From: a virus
Lineage: Duplodnaviria; Heunggongvirae; Uroviricota; Caudoviricetes
Virus record (IMG/VR): IMGVR_UViG_3300037466_000352
DNA: 64,000 bases
Direction: 5' to 3' (one strand)
Shown: in pieces, positions 19,208 to 28,248 of the stretch
Position numbering within the stretch: position 1 is the first letter of the stretch
Layout of the letters: each line of letters begins with the position of its first letter
Position numbers and translations under genes: made by a program
Notes under the pieces: generated by a model
What the model was told of the DNA's origin: nothing
What the model saw: the letters and a program-made list of their open reading frames with translations, nothing else
Database searches by the model: none

Positions 19208-19425
19208 AACAAATCAAGAAAGTCGTCGTGTACTACACAGACGGAACATACGAAGAAATAGAGTCTGCTAAAGGTGGCGGTGTAGGAACACCAACACCGT
19301 TCAAACCGACTAAAGAATCACCAACGACTCCCGTCATCCCAGACAATCCGTGGCCGTGGGGTATTCCTGGGGAAGCCGGAAAATGGCCGTACTACCCTGG
19401 TCGTCAACCGTCGATTGTTGACTGA
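19204..19425 (+). CDS. Hypothetical Pro/Trp-rich protein
   Basis: 73 aa ORF. Confidence 0.5.
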   Translation: MKQIKKVVVYYTDGTYEEIESAKGGGVGTPTPFKPTKESPTTPVIPDNPWPWGIPGEAGKWPYYPGRQPSIVD

Positions 19426-19440
19426 AACTACGAAGCATAA

Positions 19441-19476
19441 ATACCCGTACACTCACAATGTACGGGTATTTTCTTA
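19441..19476 (+). terminator. Rho-independent terminator
   Basis: ATACCCGTACA-CTCACAA-TGTACGGGTAT followed by TTTCTT. Confidence 0.7.
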
Positions 19477-19523
19477 TGTGGCTTTATCAAGGACAGGAAC
19501 AAACCGAGATTCCTGAAGGTATG

Positions 19524-19877
19524 GTCGGATTCGTCTATCTGATTACCGATCACGCGAACAACAAGTTGTATATCGGCAAGAAGCTTTACCACTTCCAGAA
19601 ACAGAAGCAAGTCAAAGGTAAAAAGAAGAAGATCAAGGTCGAGTCGGACTGGAAGGAATACTACGGTTCCAATGACGCACTGAAGGCCGAAGTCGAGAAG
19701 CATGGCCCCGAGAAGTTCACACGGGAAATCCTGCACCAATGCCAAGGCAAGGGCGAGATGGGCTATTGGGAAGCCTACGAGCAATTTTCGCGCCATGTCC
19801 TACTGTCTGACGAATACTACAACGGCTGGATCAGCGCAAAAATTACCAAGGCACATGTTGCCAAGTTGCGCAAGTAG
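19524..19877 (+). CDS. GIY-YIG nuclease-domain protein (free-standing homing-endonuclease-like)
   Basis: Trimmed to MVGFVYLITDHANNKLYIGKK (GIY-YIG). Lys-rich linker. Confidence 0.6.
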   Translation, partial: VGFVYLITDHANNKLYIGKKLYHFQKQKQVKGKKKKIKVESDWKEYYGSNDALKAEVEKHGPEKFTREILHQCQGKGEMGYWEAYEQFSRHVLLSDEYYNGWISAKITKAHVAKLRK

Positions 19878-19882
19878 TATGT

Positions 19883-19935
19883 AGAATCCCTCTCACGTCG
19901 TGCTGTGGCGACGGAACCCCACTAGAGAGGGAGTA
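19883..19935 (+). promoter_or_regulatory. Structured 5' leader with nested inverted repeats (CCCTCTC...GAGAGGG)
   Basis: 7-8-bp outer arms with an inner CGTCG/CGACG repeat, just upstream of the RBS ggagt of the 19940 gene. Confidence 0.4.
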
Positions 19936-19939
19936 AAAC

Positions 19940-20461
19940 ATGCAAGTCGTATCAATGCAAAGTCCGATGCAGGCCGCGTTCGCATCTTGGAACGTGGTCG
20001 AGAAGTGGTTGAAGGAAGCCCTATCCCACAAACTTCCCATATCAATCAATGGGTTATATGGATTGGATGAAGTCAAGAAGGTGTGTCGGGACTCCCAACA
20101 AATTCGCGACATCGTGAAAACTTTCATCACGAAAGGGATGGCTACCCAACATGACCTTCCAACCGAGATGCGAACCGGGAACAAACGGGACCGCATAGGG
20201 TTCATGTGGAACCCCGAGTACAAGGGCGAGTCCTACCGGCCATCTGCCCGTGTCATCACCCAGCGGGAACGTCGGGCGAGCAAAGTCACCAAATCCGCTG
20301 CACCCAAAGGACTCACCCAAGTCATCCGATCTGACAAGGCAGTACTGACCGAACTACCAAAGGCCGTCGAACTGGTCTTCCAAGGAATGATGATTACCGT
20401 CAGCCGCAATCCCGAGAACGGAAGTATGAGGCTGGTCATCGATACTACCGACACGATGTAA
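19940..20461 (+). CDS. Hypothetical protein
   Basis: 173 aa ORF. Confidence 0.55.
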   Translation: MQVVSMQSPMQAAFASWNVVEKWLKEALSHKLPISINGLYGLDEVKKVCRDSQQIRDIVKTFITKGMATQHDLPTEMRTGNKRDRIGFMWNPEYKGESYRPSARVITQRERRASKVTKSAAPKGLTQVIRSDKAVLTELPKAVELVFQGMMITVSRNPENGSMRLVIDTTDTM

Positions 20462-20490
20462 CCCATGAGTTACATCACACATCAATAAAC

Positions 20491-20533
20491 AAACGCCCGT
20501 GATCGTTGAAACGATCACGGGCGTTTGTTTTTG
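20491..20533 (+). terminator. Rho-independent terminator
   Basis: 17-bp stem AAACGCCCGTGATCGTT / ACGATCACGGGCGTTT followed by GTTTTTG. Confidence 0.85.
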
Positions 20534-20591
20534 TTGACAAACTCACATCTGGTCCGTAAAATCATTCCCAACTTTGGTAGGAGATTATTTC

Positions 20592-20993
20592 ATGGAAATG
20601 TTTCGCATCTGCATCGTCGGATCGTTCGGCAGTCACATCGAAGAAGTTCCATTCAAGGATCGAGATGAAGCCAGAACGTATGCAAAAACAACAGCAAAAG
20701 AGATGCAGGGCGTCTCGTATGGCTTGGTCAGTCTAGGCGAGGCCGTGTTGATGAAGGTCGAAGTCACTGACACGTTTGGTGGCGAAGCAAACTATTCATG
20801 GGTCGAACGGTACGAGCAGTGGATACCACGTAAGCTGACATCTCGCGCAAAGATTCGCACAGCGAAGCGCTTGGCTGGGTGGACGGGAATGCACTGCCAG
20901 AAGGACGACTTCGGCGATGCCTACACGCTTCATCCGCGCGGAATCTGTCAGGTCATGTTTGTGAATTTCGATTACGACCACGAAAACGGTTGA
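20592..20993 (+). CDS. Hypothetical protein
   Basis: Trimmed to ATG 20592 (MEMFRI...). Confidence 0.5.
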   Translation: MEMFRICIVGSFGSHIEEVPFKDRDEARTYAKTTAKEMQGVSYGLVSLGEAVLMKVEVTDTFGGEANYSWVERYEQWIPRKLTSRAKIRTAKRLAGWTGMHCQKDDFGDAYTLHPRGICQVMFVNFDYDHENG

Positions 20994-21018
20994 CAAGAAT
21001 TCCCAGACCTGTTAGTAT
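20990..21018 (+). promoter_or_regulatory. Conserved promoter TTGACA-N17-TAGTAT with an ATTCCCA box
   Basis: TTGACAAGAATTCCCAGACCTGTTAGTAT. Confidence 0.6.
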
Positions 21019-21045
21019 TCTGCTATCGACACCACGGAGGTTTCT

Positions 21046-21279
21046 ATGATTCTGACCCAAGCCCAAGCCGATGCAGTGTACCGCGCGATGGTTTCTTTGA
21101 ACAACGTGAGCGGCATCGTCGATATTCGTATCCCATGTGGCAACGGACGTTATGCCGTAGTGAAGGAAGAAATCATGTCCGATGACATTATTGTTCAGCT
21201 TCATTGGGGCGGCGCGATGCGCGATTCCGAACGCTACTACAATCAGGTGGCGTTCGCACAAGCGTACGGCGTGGAATAA
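21046..21279 (+). CDS. Hypothetical protein
   Basis: 77 aa. RBS ggagg. Confidence 0.5.
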   Translation: MILTQAQADAVYRAMVSLNNVSGIVDIRIPCGNGRYAVVKEEIMSDDIIVQLHWGGAMRDSERYYNQVAFAQAYGVE

Positions 21280-21313
21280 TAGGTACACCTACAACCTCAA
21301 GACGGAGAACAAA

Positions 21314-21511
21314 ATGTCACTCACACGCTCGGAAAGAGAACTGATGGAAGCCCGTGAAGGCGAACTGAACGATGCCGAACGTGGCGTCATCAACGCGACA
21401 TTCGACGCACTATACGACGCTGCATCGGAACGCGGCGTTAAACTCGCAAAGGATGATCGTGCGGCGGCGCTCGAAGCCGCTCTGGTACGATTCATTCTCG
21501 CGTCTCGATAA
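21314..21511 (+). CDS. Hypothetical protein
   Basis: Trimmed to ATG 21314 (MSLTRSE...) with RBS gagaac. Confidence 0.45.
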   Translation: MSLTRSERELMEAREGELNDAERGVINATFDALYDAASERGVKLAKDDRAAALEAALVRFILASR

Positions 21512-21547
21512 CCCGGCCATAGGCCACAACAACCAAGTGAGGATGAA

Positions 21548-21853
21548 ATGATCCAAGGATTCGTGAGACTCGTCAATTTCGTGTTCTGGTCAATCGTCGC
21601 GATAGTCGCGGCGTGGGCTGGCCTGATGTGGTATCTGGACCACAAGCAGAAGCAGGAACACCCGTTCGCCTACTATCAGGACCATCCGACCGAACGAGCC
21701 AAGGACGGCTATACGCCTACCGATGCCGAACTGGACAAGGAACTCGGTCCCAAGACCGAAGTGACCGAGGACGGGCGCTGGTGCGTATCCGGTCGTTGTC
21801 CGGGCGGATATGCTACCAAGGCGGATTACCTGAAGGCGCACCCCAACAACTGA
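21548..21853 (+). CDS. Hypothetical membrane protein (N-terminal TM)
   Basis: 101 aa. VNFVFWSIVAIVAAWAGLMWYL. Confidence 0.5.
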   Translation: MIQGFVRLVNFVFWSIVAIVAAWAGLMWYLDHKQKQEHPFAYYQDHPTERAKDGYTPTDAELDKELGPKTEVTEDGRWCVSGRCPGGYATKADYLKAHPNN

Positions 21854-21862
21854 GGGCAGACC

Positions 21863-22024
21863 ATGAAAGCGACGAGAAACGTTTTCGACATCGTGCGACA
21901 CATGGTTCGCATCGGTGAACATCCCGAACACAAGGCATTGCGTGAACGCAACGAAGCCCGTCTCGCCGAACTCAAACGATCCAAATCCCTCTACGAGACG
22001 CAAAGGCGACCGAATGTGCGCTGA
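21863..22024 (+). CDS. Hypothetical small protein (53 aa), not in the track
   Basis: ATG 21863 with RBS gaggg. Followed by a terminator. Confidence 0.35.
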   Translation: MKATRNVFDIVRHMVRIGEHPEHKALRERNEARLAELKRSKSLYETQRRPNVR

Positions 22025-22030
22025 CCTCTA

Positions 22031-22066
22031 GCCGATGTTGTGACGATTTCACAACATCGGCTTTCC
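22031..22066 (+). terminator. Rho-independent terminator
   Basis: GCCGATGTTGTGA...TCACAACATCGGC followed by TTTCC. Confidence 0.7.
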
Positions 22067-22067
22067 G

Positions 22068-22096
22068 TTGCACAATTCCCAAGGTTGGTGTATAAT
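22068..22096 (+). promoter_or_regulatory. Conserved promoter TTGCAC-N17-TATAAT with an ATTCCCA box
   Basis: TTGCACAATTCCCAAGGTTGGTGTATAAT. Confidence 0.6.
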
Positions 22097-22159
22097 ACGC
22101 AGTACAGTTGAGCAGTATCTACATGATGACCGAACAACCACAAACATCATGTAACAAGA

Positions 22160-23110
22160 ATGATCGTAGTAGATTACTCTGGCGTCTCGATCACGCAGAT
22201 CATGGGCGCTTTGCAGGGCGACAATACGGCAGTGATTGAACCTGACGCCTTCAGGCATCTCTTCCTCTTCAACCTGCTGGAATACAAGAAGAAGTACGGT
22301 CAGCGCTTTGGCGAAATCGTCTTTGCCGTTGACAACAAGCAATACTGGCGTAAGGCCATGTACCCCTGGTACAAGTGCTATCGCAAGAAGCAGAAGGAAG
22401 ATCAGGGCTTCGATTGGGACATGATTCATCACTGCATGGACGTGGTGAAGGCGGAACTGACTGAGTTCTTTCCGTATCCCGTGATCGACGCACCATTCGC
22501 CGAGGCAGATGACGTGATCGGTACGTTGGCAGAATACAGCCAGACGAGCGACGTGAAGGAAGATATGTTCGGCCAAAGTGAACCCAAGCCGTTCCTTATC
22601 ATTGCGTCCGACACCGACTTGGCGCAGTGTCAGCAGTATCCGAACGTCAAGCAGATTAGCCCGTACACCAAGGAACAAGTCGTTCCGAAGCTTGAGAAGA
22701 GTGGCGAGAAGGTGAAGGTGTCACTCGAAGAGTACGTACTTGACCACTTGCTGACGGGCGATGCCGGTGACTCTATCCCGAACATCCTCACTGAAGACGA
22801 CTTCTTTCAGAAGAAGCTGGACAATCCAGATACGAAGGTTCGTCAGAAGTCGGTCACGGCGAAGGTGAAGGAATTTTATCTGCCGCAGTGGATCGAACAC
22901 GGCGAGATTCGAGAGTTCCGTAACGAGGCCGAAGAGAAGGCATTCAAGCGGAACTTCAAGCTGATCCACTTCGATTCGATCCCTCAACGCGTGAAGGACA
23001 ATGTGATCCGCACGTACGAAGGTCAGCTTGGTAAGGACCGGTCACAACTTCTCGATTATTTCGTGAAGAACCGGTTGAAGAACTTGATGGATGAAATAGA
23101 GAACTTCTGA
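22160..23110 (+). CDS. rnh: RNase H / 5'-3' flap endonuclease (T4 rnh homologue)
   Basis: 316 aa. Matches T4 RNase H: QYPNVKQISP, LIIASDTD, C-terminal IENF. Confidence 0.85.
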   Translation: MIVVDYSGVSITQIMGALQGDNTAVIEPDAFRHLFLFNLLEYKKKYGQRFGEIVFAVDNKQYWRKAMYPWYKCYRKKQKEDQGFDWDMIHHCMDVVKAELTEFFPYPVIDAPFAEADDVIGTLAEYSQTSDVKEDMFGQSEPKPFLIIASDTDLAQCQQYPNVKQISPYTKEQVVPKLEKSGEKVKVSLEEYVLDHLLTGDAGDSIPNILTEDDFFQKKLDNPDTKVRQKSVTAKVKEFYLPQWIEHGEIREFRNEAEEKAFKRNFKLIHFDSIPQRVKDNVIRTYEGQLGKDRSQLLDYFVKNRLKNLMDEIENF

Positions 23111-23112
23111 CC

Positions 23113-23499
23113 ATGAAGACACCCGGAATCCGATACGGCCACGACCGCGATGGCACCGAGATTTACCCAAAGGACGGCGAACGCATTCTCGATGAAGGCG
23201 AACCTCTTCCTGAATTCTATCGACCGTGGCTGAACGGAACGGGCTGGATGGGAGTAAGTAGGCTACATACACATCCGGGTGCAAATCAGACAGCACGCGT
23301 ATTTGGGAATTATTGGGCGTATGCGGTTCCGGCGCGTCAACCTGTGCGTGAGGCTGTCGAATTGGTCGAGAAGCCAACAGAACCGATTCTGGTGGTTCCT
23401 GAAGCCATTCCGCAATCGGAACCCGAACCGGTCACGATCAAAGCGAAGAAGCGCAAGCAGTCGCCCGTGACCAATGCACTTATTTTTGACGAAGAATGA
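23113..23499 (+). CDS. Hypothetical protein
   Basis: 128 aa ORF. Confidence 0.5.
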   Translation: MKTPGIRYGHDRDGTEIYPKDGERILDEGEPLPEFYRPWLNGTGWMGVSRLHTHPGANQTARVFGNYWAYAVPARQPVREAVELVEKPTEPILVVPEAIPQSEPEPVTIKAKKRKQSPVTNALIFDEE

Positions 23500-23699
23500 A
23501 TCGAAAGTACAGAATCGTTCAACGCGGAAACAACCGTTTCTATGCACAAGAGAAGCGGTTCTTTTTCTTCTGGCGCGATGCGTCATGGTCCTCGCCGTCG
23601 CTGTTTCAAACTGGTCCCATGAATGATATCGAAAGACGCATCGACGAAGACAACCGAATCCTCAATTTCAAGACTATCAAGAAGGTAATTCCTGTCTGA
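23496..23699 (+). CDS. Hypothetical protein
   Basis: 67 aa. ATGA overlap. Confidence 0.4.
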   Translation: MNRKYRIVQRGNNRFYAQEKRFFFFWRDASWSSPSLFQTGPMNDIERRIDEDNRILNFKTIKKVIPV

Positions 23700-23802
23700 T
23701 GGATATTCACATTCCTACATGGTTTCTGTGGTTCGCAATGTTCATCTTCGGACATATTACCGGACTTGCGCACGCAGCACTTAACAAAGCAACCAACAAC
23801 TG

Positions 23803-24375
23803 ATGTCAACACAATTCCTCGCAGCCGATTTGCATCTCGGCCACAAGGGTGTCACAACGTTCCTCGCGCCGAATGGCGTAGACAAGCTTCGTCCGTGGGA
23901 TGATCCCGAAGTCATGGATGAAGCATTGATCGAGAACTGGAATAGCGTCGTGCGCCCGACCGACAAGGTGTATGTCCTCGGCGATGTAGTCCTGAACAAG
24001 AAGCATCTTCACAAGGTTGGACGCCTTAACGGTAAGAAGCATCTTATCAAGGGCAACCACGACATCTGCAAGCTGAAAGAATACGAACCGTACTTCTACG
24101 AAGTGTCGGCATGCCGTGCGTTGAAGGATATGATCTTGACGCACATCCCCGTTCACCCGGCCAACATCGGGCGATTCGGTGTGAATGTCCACGGCCATCT
24201 TCACGCACACAAGGTTCGTCTCCCGAACGGCGAAATCGATCCTCGATACCTGTGCGTTTCGATGGAACAGATTGCCTATCATCCGATCACGCTCGAAGAA
24301 GTACGCGAGCAATGCGACCGTCGTCGTCAAGCATTCCCCGAGATGTTCGGTGTGAATGAATGGCATGACGCATAA
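23803..24375 (+). CDS. Calcineurin-like metallophosphoesterase (Ser/Thr phosphatase family)
   Basis: DLHLGH, GDVV, GNHD and GHLH motifs. Confidence 0.75.
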   Translation: MSTQFLAADLHLGHKGVTTFLAPNGVDKLRPWDDPEVMDEALIENWNSVVRPTDKVYVLGDVVLNKKHLHKVGRLNGKKHLIKGNHDICKLKEYEPYFYEVSACRALKDMILTHIPVHPANIGRFGVNVHGHLHAHKVRLPNGEIDPRYLCVSMEQIAYHPITLEEVREQCDRRRQAFPEMFGVNEWHDA

Positions 24376-24409
24376 ATAGGGAATACATTCATTCCCGCAC
24401 ACGAAATAC

Positions 24410-25126
24410 ATGCGACTTCACATTCCAGAAATCCTTGATCTGGTGTCAAAAGCACAACGACACGAAGACAAGGTGCGCTTGCTGCGCGAACACCAATCCC
24501 TTCCGCTTGAACAGGTTCTTCAGTACAACTTCCACCCGGACATAGAAATGAATCTACCCGAGGGAGAAGCGCCGTACAAGAAGGACACGGGCATTCCTCT
24601 TGGCAAGTCGGAAACGAACCTCTACCGCGAAGGCCGTCGTCTCTACGTATTCCTAAAGGGCCAAGCACCGAACCTGAAGCCGTTCAAACGCGAACAATTG
24701 TTCATCGAACTGCTTGAGGGCATCCACTGGTCCGAGGCAGATATTCTTGTCGCAGTTAAGGACAAGCGGCTAACCGATCTGTATCCCGGCGTGACGTACG
24801 AAGCGGCCCGTGATGCGTTTGATCGACTGCTTCCGGCAGAACCGCCAAAGCCTATCGTCAAGGCCGTCAAGCTTGCGATTCCTGATCTGGAAGCATCGCT
24901 CGCTCGCGCTGGCATTGCCGAAAAGGAACAAGGTGAGCGCCCTTTGGCCCGACCGGCTTCTTCTACGAAGACGACAGTGGATTCAGCTTCGGAACAACCG
25001 AAAGAGAAGAAGCCGATGTCAGAAGCACGACGTGCCGGTCTACTGAAGGCGCAAGCCGCACGACGCGCAAGCGCAGCCGCCAAGAAAGCAGCGAAGGAAG
25101 CCGAACAAGCTTCACAAGCCGAGTGA
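24410..25126 (+). CDS. Hypothetical protein with a basic Ala/Lys-rich C-terminus
   Basis: 238 aa. ATAAATA motif about 31 nt upstream. Confidence 0.55.
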   Translation: MRLHIPEILDLVSKAQRHEDKVRLLREHQSLPLEQVLQYNFHPDIEMNLPEGEAPYKKDTGIPLGKSETNLYREGRRLYVFLKGQAPNLKPFKREQLFIELLEGIHWSEADILVAVKDKRLTDLYPGVTYEAARDAFDRLLPAEPPKPIVKAVKLAIPDLEASLARAGIAEKEQGERPLARPASSTKTTVDSASEQPKEKKPMSEARRAGLLKAQAARRASAAAKKAAKEAEQASQAE

Positions 25127-25247
25127 CCGACTGGTTTCTCGAAAAACTGAATTCGTTATTTGGACGGGACGACTGGACAACGGTCGATCCCAATGAAGAA
25201 CTTAAAGAATGGCTTGATAGAAAACATGACAACATCCAAGGCATTGA

Positions 25248-26783
25248 ATGACAACATGTCCACACTGCGACAGCGCACAAGTGCAAAGTCGCGGGACCAA
25301 AACGAATCAAGCGGGGATTACACGTAAGCGGTATCAGTGTATGGACTGCACCAAGTGGTTCAGCCATACCGTCGAACCAGTTGTACAGACGCAATCGAAG
25401 CATGACCGGTTTTCTTCAAAGATGCCGGATGACTTCAAGCGGTACAACAAGTTCGTGATTAGCGCCGTGCAGAACGACACACCTGTGAACGACGAATTCT
25501 TGTTCACGCTTCAATCGTACTGCCGAATGAATCACGCCAAGTTGATCCTGGTCCCGATCAAGTACAAGTACACGCAAGAATCGACGTTTGATGTTGATGA
25601 AGAATTGTTGTACACACGTGATGTTCTGATTGCCAACAAGCTTCGGTTGTTGGCGAACGTGCAGATCACTCCGACCATCGAAACACCACTTGCAGGACTT
25701 GATTATCTGTCGAAGGGAAACAGTCTGATTATCGCGCACCCACAGGTGCAGATGCGGACTATCGCGACGCTAGACAATCACCCGGCGCAACTTCATACCA
25801 CTGGCGCTATCACTTATGCCAACTACGCAGAAACCAAGACAGGCGAAAAGGCTCGGTTCAACCATTCACTCTCTGCACTTGTCGTTGAAAAAGACGGCGA
25901 TCAGTTCTACACTCGCCTTCTCAATTGCGACGACAGCAACGGATTTTACGACATCGACGGCTACTACATGGCCGACGCATTTCGTCCCGGTGCAGAAGTC
26001 GAAGCCCTGATTACAGGCGACGAACACGCTATGTTCGTCGATCCGAAGGTGAAGGCAGCGACGTACACAAGTGACGATTCTATCGTCAATGTACTTCGAC
26101 CAAAGAAGATTGTTCGTCATGACGTGCTGGACTTCTTCAGCGGTTCGCACCATCACCAGAACAGCTTCTTGCTTCAGTATGCCAAGCACAAGACGGCGAC
26201 GAACGATGTCGAGCGTGAACTAGACATCACGATTGAACACATCGCAAACACGACGCCGTTTGGTGTAGAGAACATCATGGTTGCTTCGAATCACGTCGAG
26301 CACATGAATAAGTGGCTGGACTCGATTGATCCGAAGCAAGAGGTATGGAATGCGAAGCTGTACTACCGCATGATGTACTTGATGCTGGAACACATCGACA
26401 AGCATGGCGTCGATATTCCGAACGCGTTCCAGTTGTGGGTCGAGAATACCGAACACTACTTCGATGCACCGATGCCGAAACTTCACTGGCTTGGTCGCAA
26501 CGAATCGTACAAGATTCAAGGTATCGAACTATCGAACCACGGTGACATGGGTTCTAATGGCGCACGTGGTAGTCCCACACAGTTCAGCCGGTTGCCAGAC
26601 AAGATGGTTGTTGGTCACTCGCACTCGCCGTCGATCATGAAGGGCTGCTACACGGTCGGTACATCGACTGGTCGTCTGGAATACACGCGCGGTCCTTCAT
26701 CATGGGCGAACACGCACTGCGTGATCTATGCGAACGGCAAGCGCCAGATGATTACAATTATCAACGGTCGTTGGAAACGGTGA
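25248..26783 (+). CDS. Hypothetical 511-aa protein with an N-terminal IS1/IS1595-type C4 zinc ribbon
   Basis: CPHCDS...QCMDC in the first 40 aa. No DDE motif recognised in the rest. Confidence 0.6.
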   Translation: MTTCPHCDSAQVQSRGTKTNQAGITRKRYQCMDCTKWFSHTVEPVVQTQSKHDRFSSKMPDDFKRYNKFVISAVQNDTPVNDEFLFTLQSYCRMNHAKLILVPIKYKYTQESTFDVDEELLYTRDVLIANKLRLLANVQITPTIETPLAGLDYLSKGNSLIIAHPQVQMRTIATLDNHPAQLHTTGAITYANYAETKTGEKARFNHSLSALVVEKDGDQFYTRLLNCDDSNGFYDIDGYYMADAFRPGAEVEALITGDEHAMFVDPKVKAATYTSDDSIVNVLRPKKIVRHDVLDFFSGSHHHQNSFLLQYAKHKTATNDVERELDITIEHIANTTPFGVENIMVASNHVEHMNKWLDSIDPKQEVWNAKLYYRMMYLMLEHIDKHGVDIPNAFQLWVENTEHYFDAPMPKLHWLGRNESYKIQGIELSNHGDMGSNGARGSPTQFSRLPDKMVVGHSHSPSIMKGCYTVGTSTGRLEYTRGPSSWANTHCVIYANGKRQMITIINGRWKR

Positions 26784-26968
26784 ATCTGACAACAGAAGAA
26801 AAGGCGATCATCGAAAAGCTGGCGGATGCGTTCAACTACTTCGTAGAGTTGGAGAACAAACATCCGTCAGATGTAGGCGAATTCGCACACCACATCCACA
26901 TCCTTCAGCGGCATGTAATGGCACGTCTTGCACGACGCTGTAACCCAGACATATTTCCGCCAAGATGA
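26780..26968 (+). CDS. Hypothetical small protein (uncertain start)
   Basis: Track ORF 26702..26968. A GTG start overlapping the stop is possible. Confidence 0.3.
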   Translation: MNLTTEEKAIIEKLADAFNYFVELENKHPSDVGEFAHHIHILQRHVMARLARRCNPDIFPPR

Positions 26969-27696
26969 CGATCCTATCCCTCAAAGAGTTCAAGACCGGC
27001 CTCGAATACCACGACACGTTGAACCCGGCGCTTTGGAACGGCGACGAACTGAAGCCCGAAGTCTATGCGAAGTTGATGAACGTCGCGAACGACTTCATCG
27101 CTTTCTGTGGCATCGATCCGACCAAGGTGTCAGACATCGTAATGACAGGTAGTAGTGCGAACTACAACTACAGCCCGCAGTCCGACATCGACCTACATGT
27201 GATCGCGGTGTATGAACCCGATCACATGAACGAAGCGGGTATCAGTGTGCAGAATGCGTTCAATGCGTTCAAGACGCTGTACAACGAGTCGAGGCATATC
27301 TCGATCTATGGTTTCCCGTTGGAACTGTACGTGCAACCGACGAGCGAACACTTCACGTCCAACGCGGGCGTGTATTCACTAGAGAAAGAGTCATGGGTTC
27401 AGAGGCCAGTTAAGCAGCACGTCGATCTTGATGATCGAGAGATTGAACTGAAGGCCCAGGCAGTCATACACGAAATCAAACAGATCGTGCATGGCAAGAT
27501 GGCTGGCGTACTCGCAAGGCCAAGGATCGATGCTGTGAAAGCAAAGATTCGGCAATTGCGAGCGGCAGGATTGGAAGCCGGTGGTGAGTTCGGAATCGAG
27601 AACCTTGCGTTCAAGGCAATCCGAAATTCCGGCTATCTGGACAAGCTATCGAAATATGCGAGCGCAGTAAAGGATTCTACGCTGTCGCTTTCATGA
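26965..27696 (+). CDS. Pol-beta-superfamily nucleotidyltransferase-fold protein
   Basis: 243 aa. TGSSANYNYSPQSDIDLHVI (GS-x10-SDID) motif. Confidence 0.6.
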   Translation: MTILSLKEFKTGLEYHDTLNPALWNGDELKPEVYAKLMNVANDFIAFCGIDPTKVSDIVMTGSSANYNYSPQSDIDLHVIAVYEPDHMNEAGISVQNAFNAFKTLYNESRHISIYGFPLELYVQPTSEHFTSNAGVYSLEKESWVQRPVKQHVDLDDREIELKAQAVIHEIKQIVHGKMAGVLARPRIDAVKAKIRQLRAAGLEAGGEFGIENLAFKAIRNSGYLDKLSKYASAVKDSTLSLS

Positions 27697-28189
27697 GTTC
27701 ACTACGTTTTCCTTCGTAGTGAACAGGAACGTCATGGTGGTTCAACACAACTGCCATGCCTCTATTGACGTATCCGCTGTACCCATGATCGACCACGGCG
27801 CGTTCGAATGCGTTGCCGTGGTCTTCTCCGTTGTAGACGTGCTTCGCAGCCGTCTCACGAACTTCTTTGGCATGTTCCTGTGAAGCAGTATCCGGGTTGT
27901 ACATGTTGTGCAGCTTCGCGCTGTACGTGTGTTGCCCAAGTCCCGATTCGTGGACCTTCGATACCTTTTCGCCTTCGTTGGCGTGGTAGAAGTAGACACG
28001 ACTCTTGATGCGTGCGTCCTTCGTCTCCGACAGGCGTTTCGCTTCAGCACCCTTGATTCCCGTCCCATAAATCCGACCGTCGAGACTGGTCAACCCTTCC
28101 TTGTGCGAATAGTGCAGGCCGTGGATCGTCTCGCCCTTGACCGGCGCTGCGACCTCGCGCTCGGTGATGAACTGTTTGAATGATTGCAT
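27677..28189 (-). CDS. Hypothetical protein on the minus strand (putative late gene)
   Basis: 170 aa. Convergent with the NTase gene, overlapping it by about 20 nt. On the minus strand CTAAATAAT lies about 28 nt upstream of its ATG. Confidence 0.55.
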   Translation of the reverse strand: MQSFKQFITEREVAAPVKGETIHGLHYSHKEGLTSLDGRIYGTGIKGAEAKRLSETKDARIKSRVYFYHANEGEKVSKVHESGLGQHTYSAKLHNMYNPDTASQEHAKEVRETAAKHVYNGEDHGNAFERAVVDHGYSGYVNRGMAVVLNHHDVPVHYEGKRSELMKATA

Positions 28190-28227
28190 TGACTGTTCCC
28201 AATGTTGATGGTATTATTTAGACTCAT
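28189..28227. promoter_or_regulatory. Divergent promoter region: + strand TTGACT-N17-TATTAT, and minus-strand CTAAATAAT late-type motif on the same AT tract
   Basis: TTGACTGTTCCCAATGTTGATGGTATTATTTAGAC. Its reverse complement contains CTAAATAATA. Confidence 0.5.
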
Positions 28228-28248
28228 CAACGGTTACGGGAGTGTTCT

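Noticed and set aside
20534-20590. TTGACA at 20534 followed by ATTCCCAACTTTGG as another member of the conserved promoter family
   Set aside because: The spacing from TTGACA to the box is wrong (about 30 nt) and the -10 (TAGGAG) is poor. The TTGACA is the tail of the terminator, so it is not called as a promoter, only noted as a detached box.
21590-22678. Minus-strand ORFs 21590..22003 and 22049..22678
   Set aside because: They overlap the confidently assigned + strand small genes and the RNase H gene, with terminator and promoter signals on the + strand only.
25127-25247. Short ORFs in the 120-nt gap before the 25248 gene
   Set aside because: They are under 45 aa, in a different frame, overlap the start of the downstream gene, and have no RBS.
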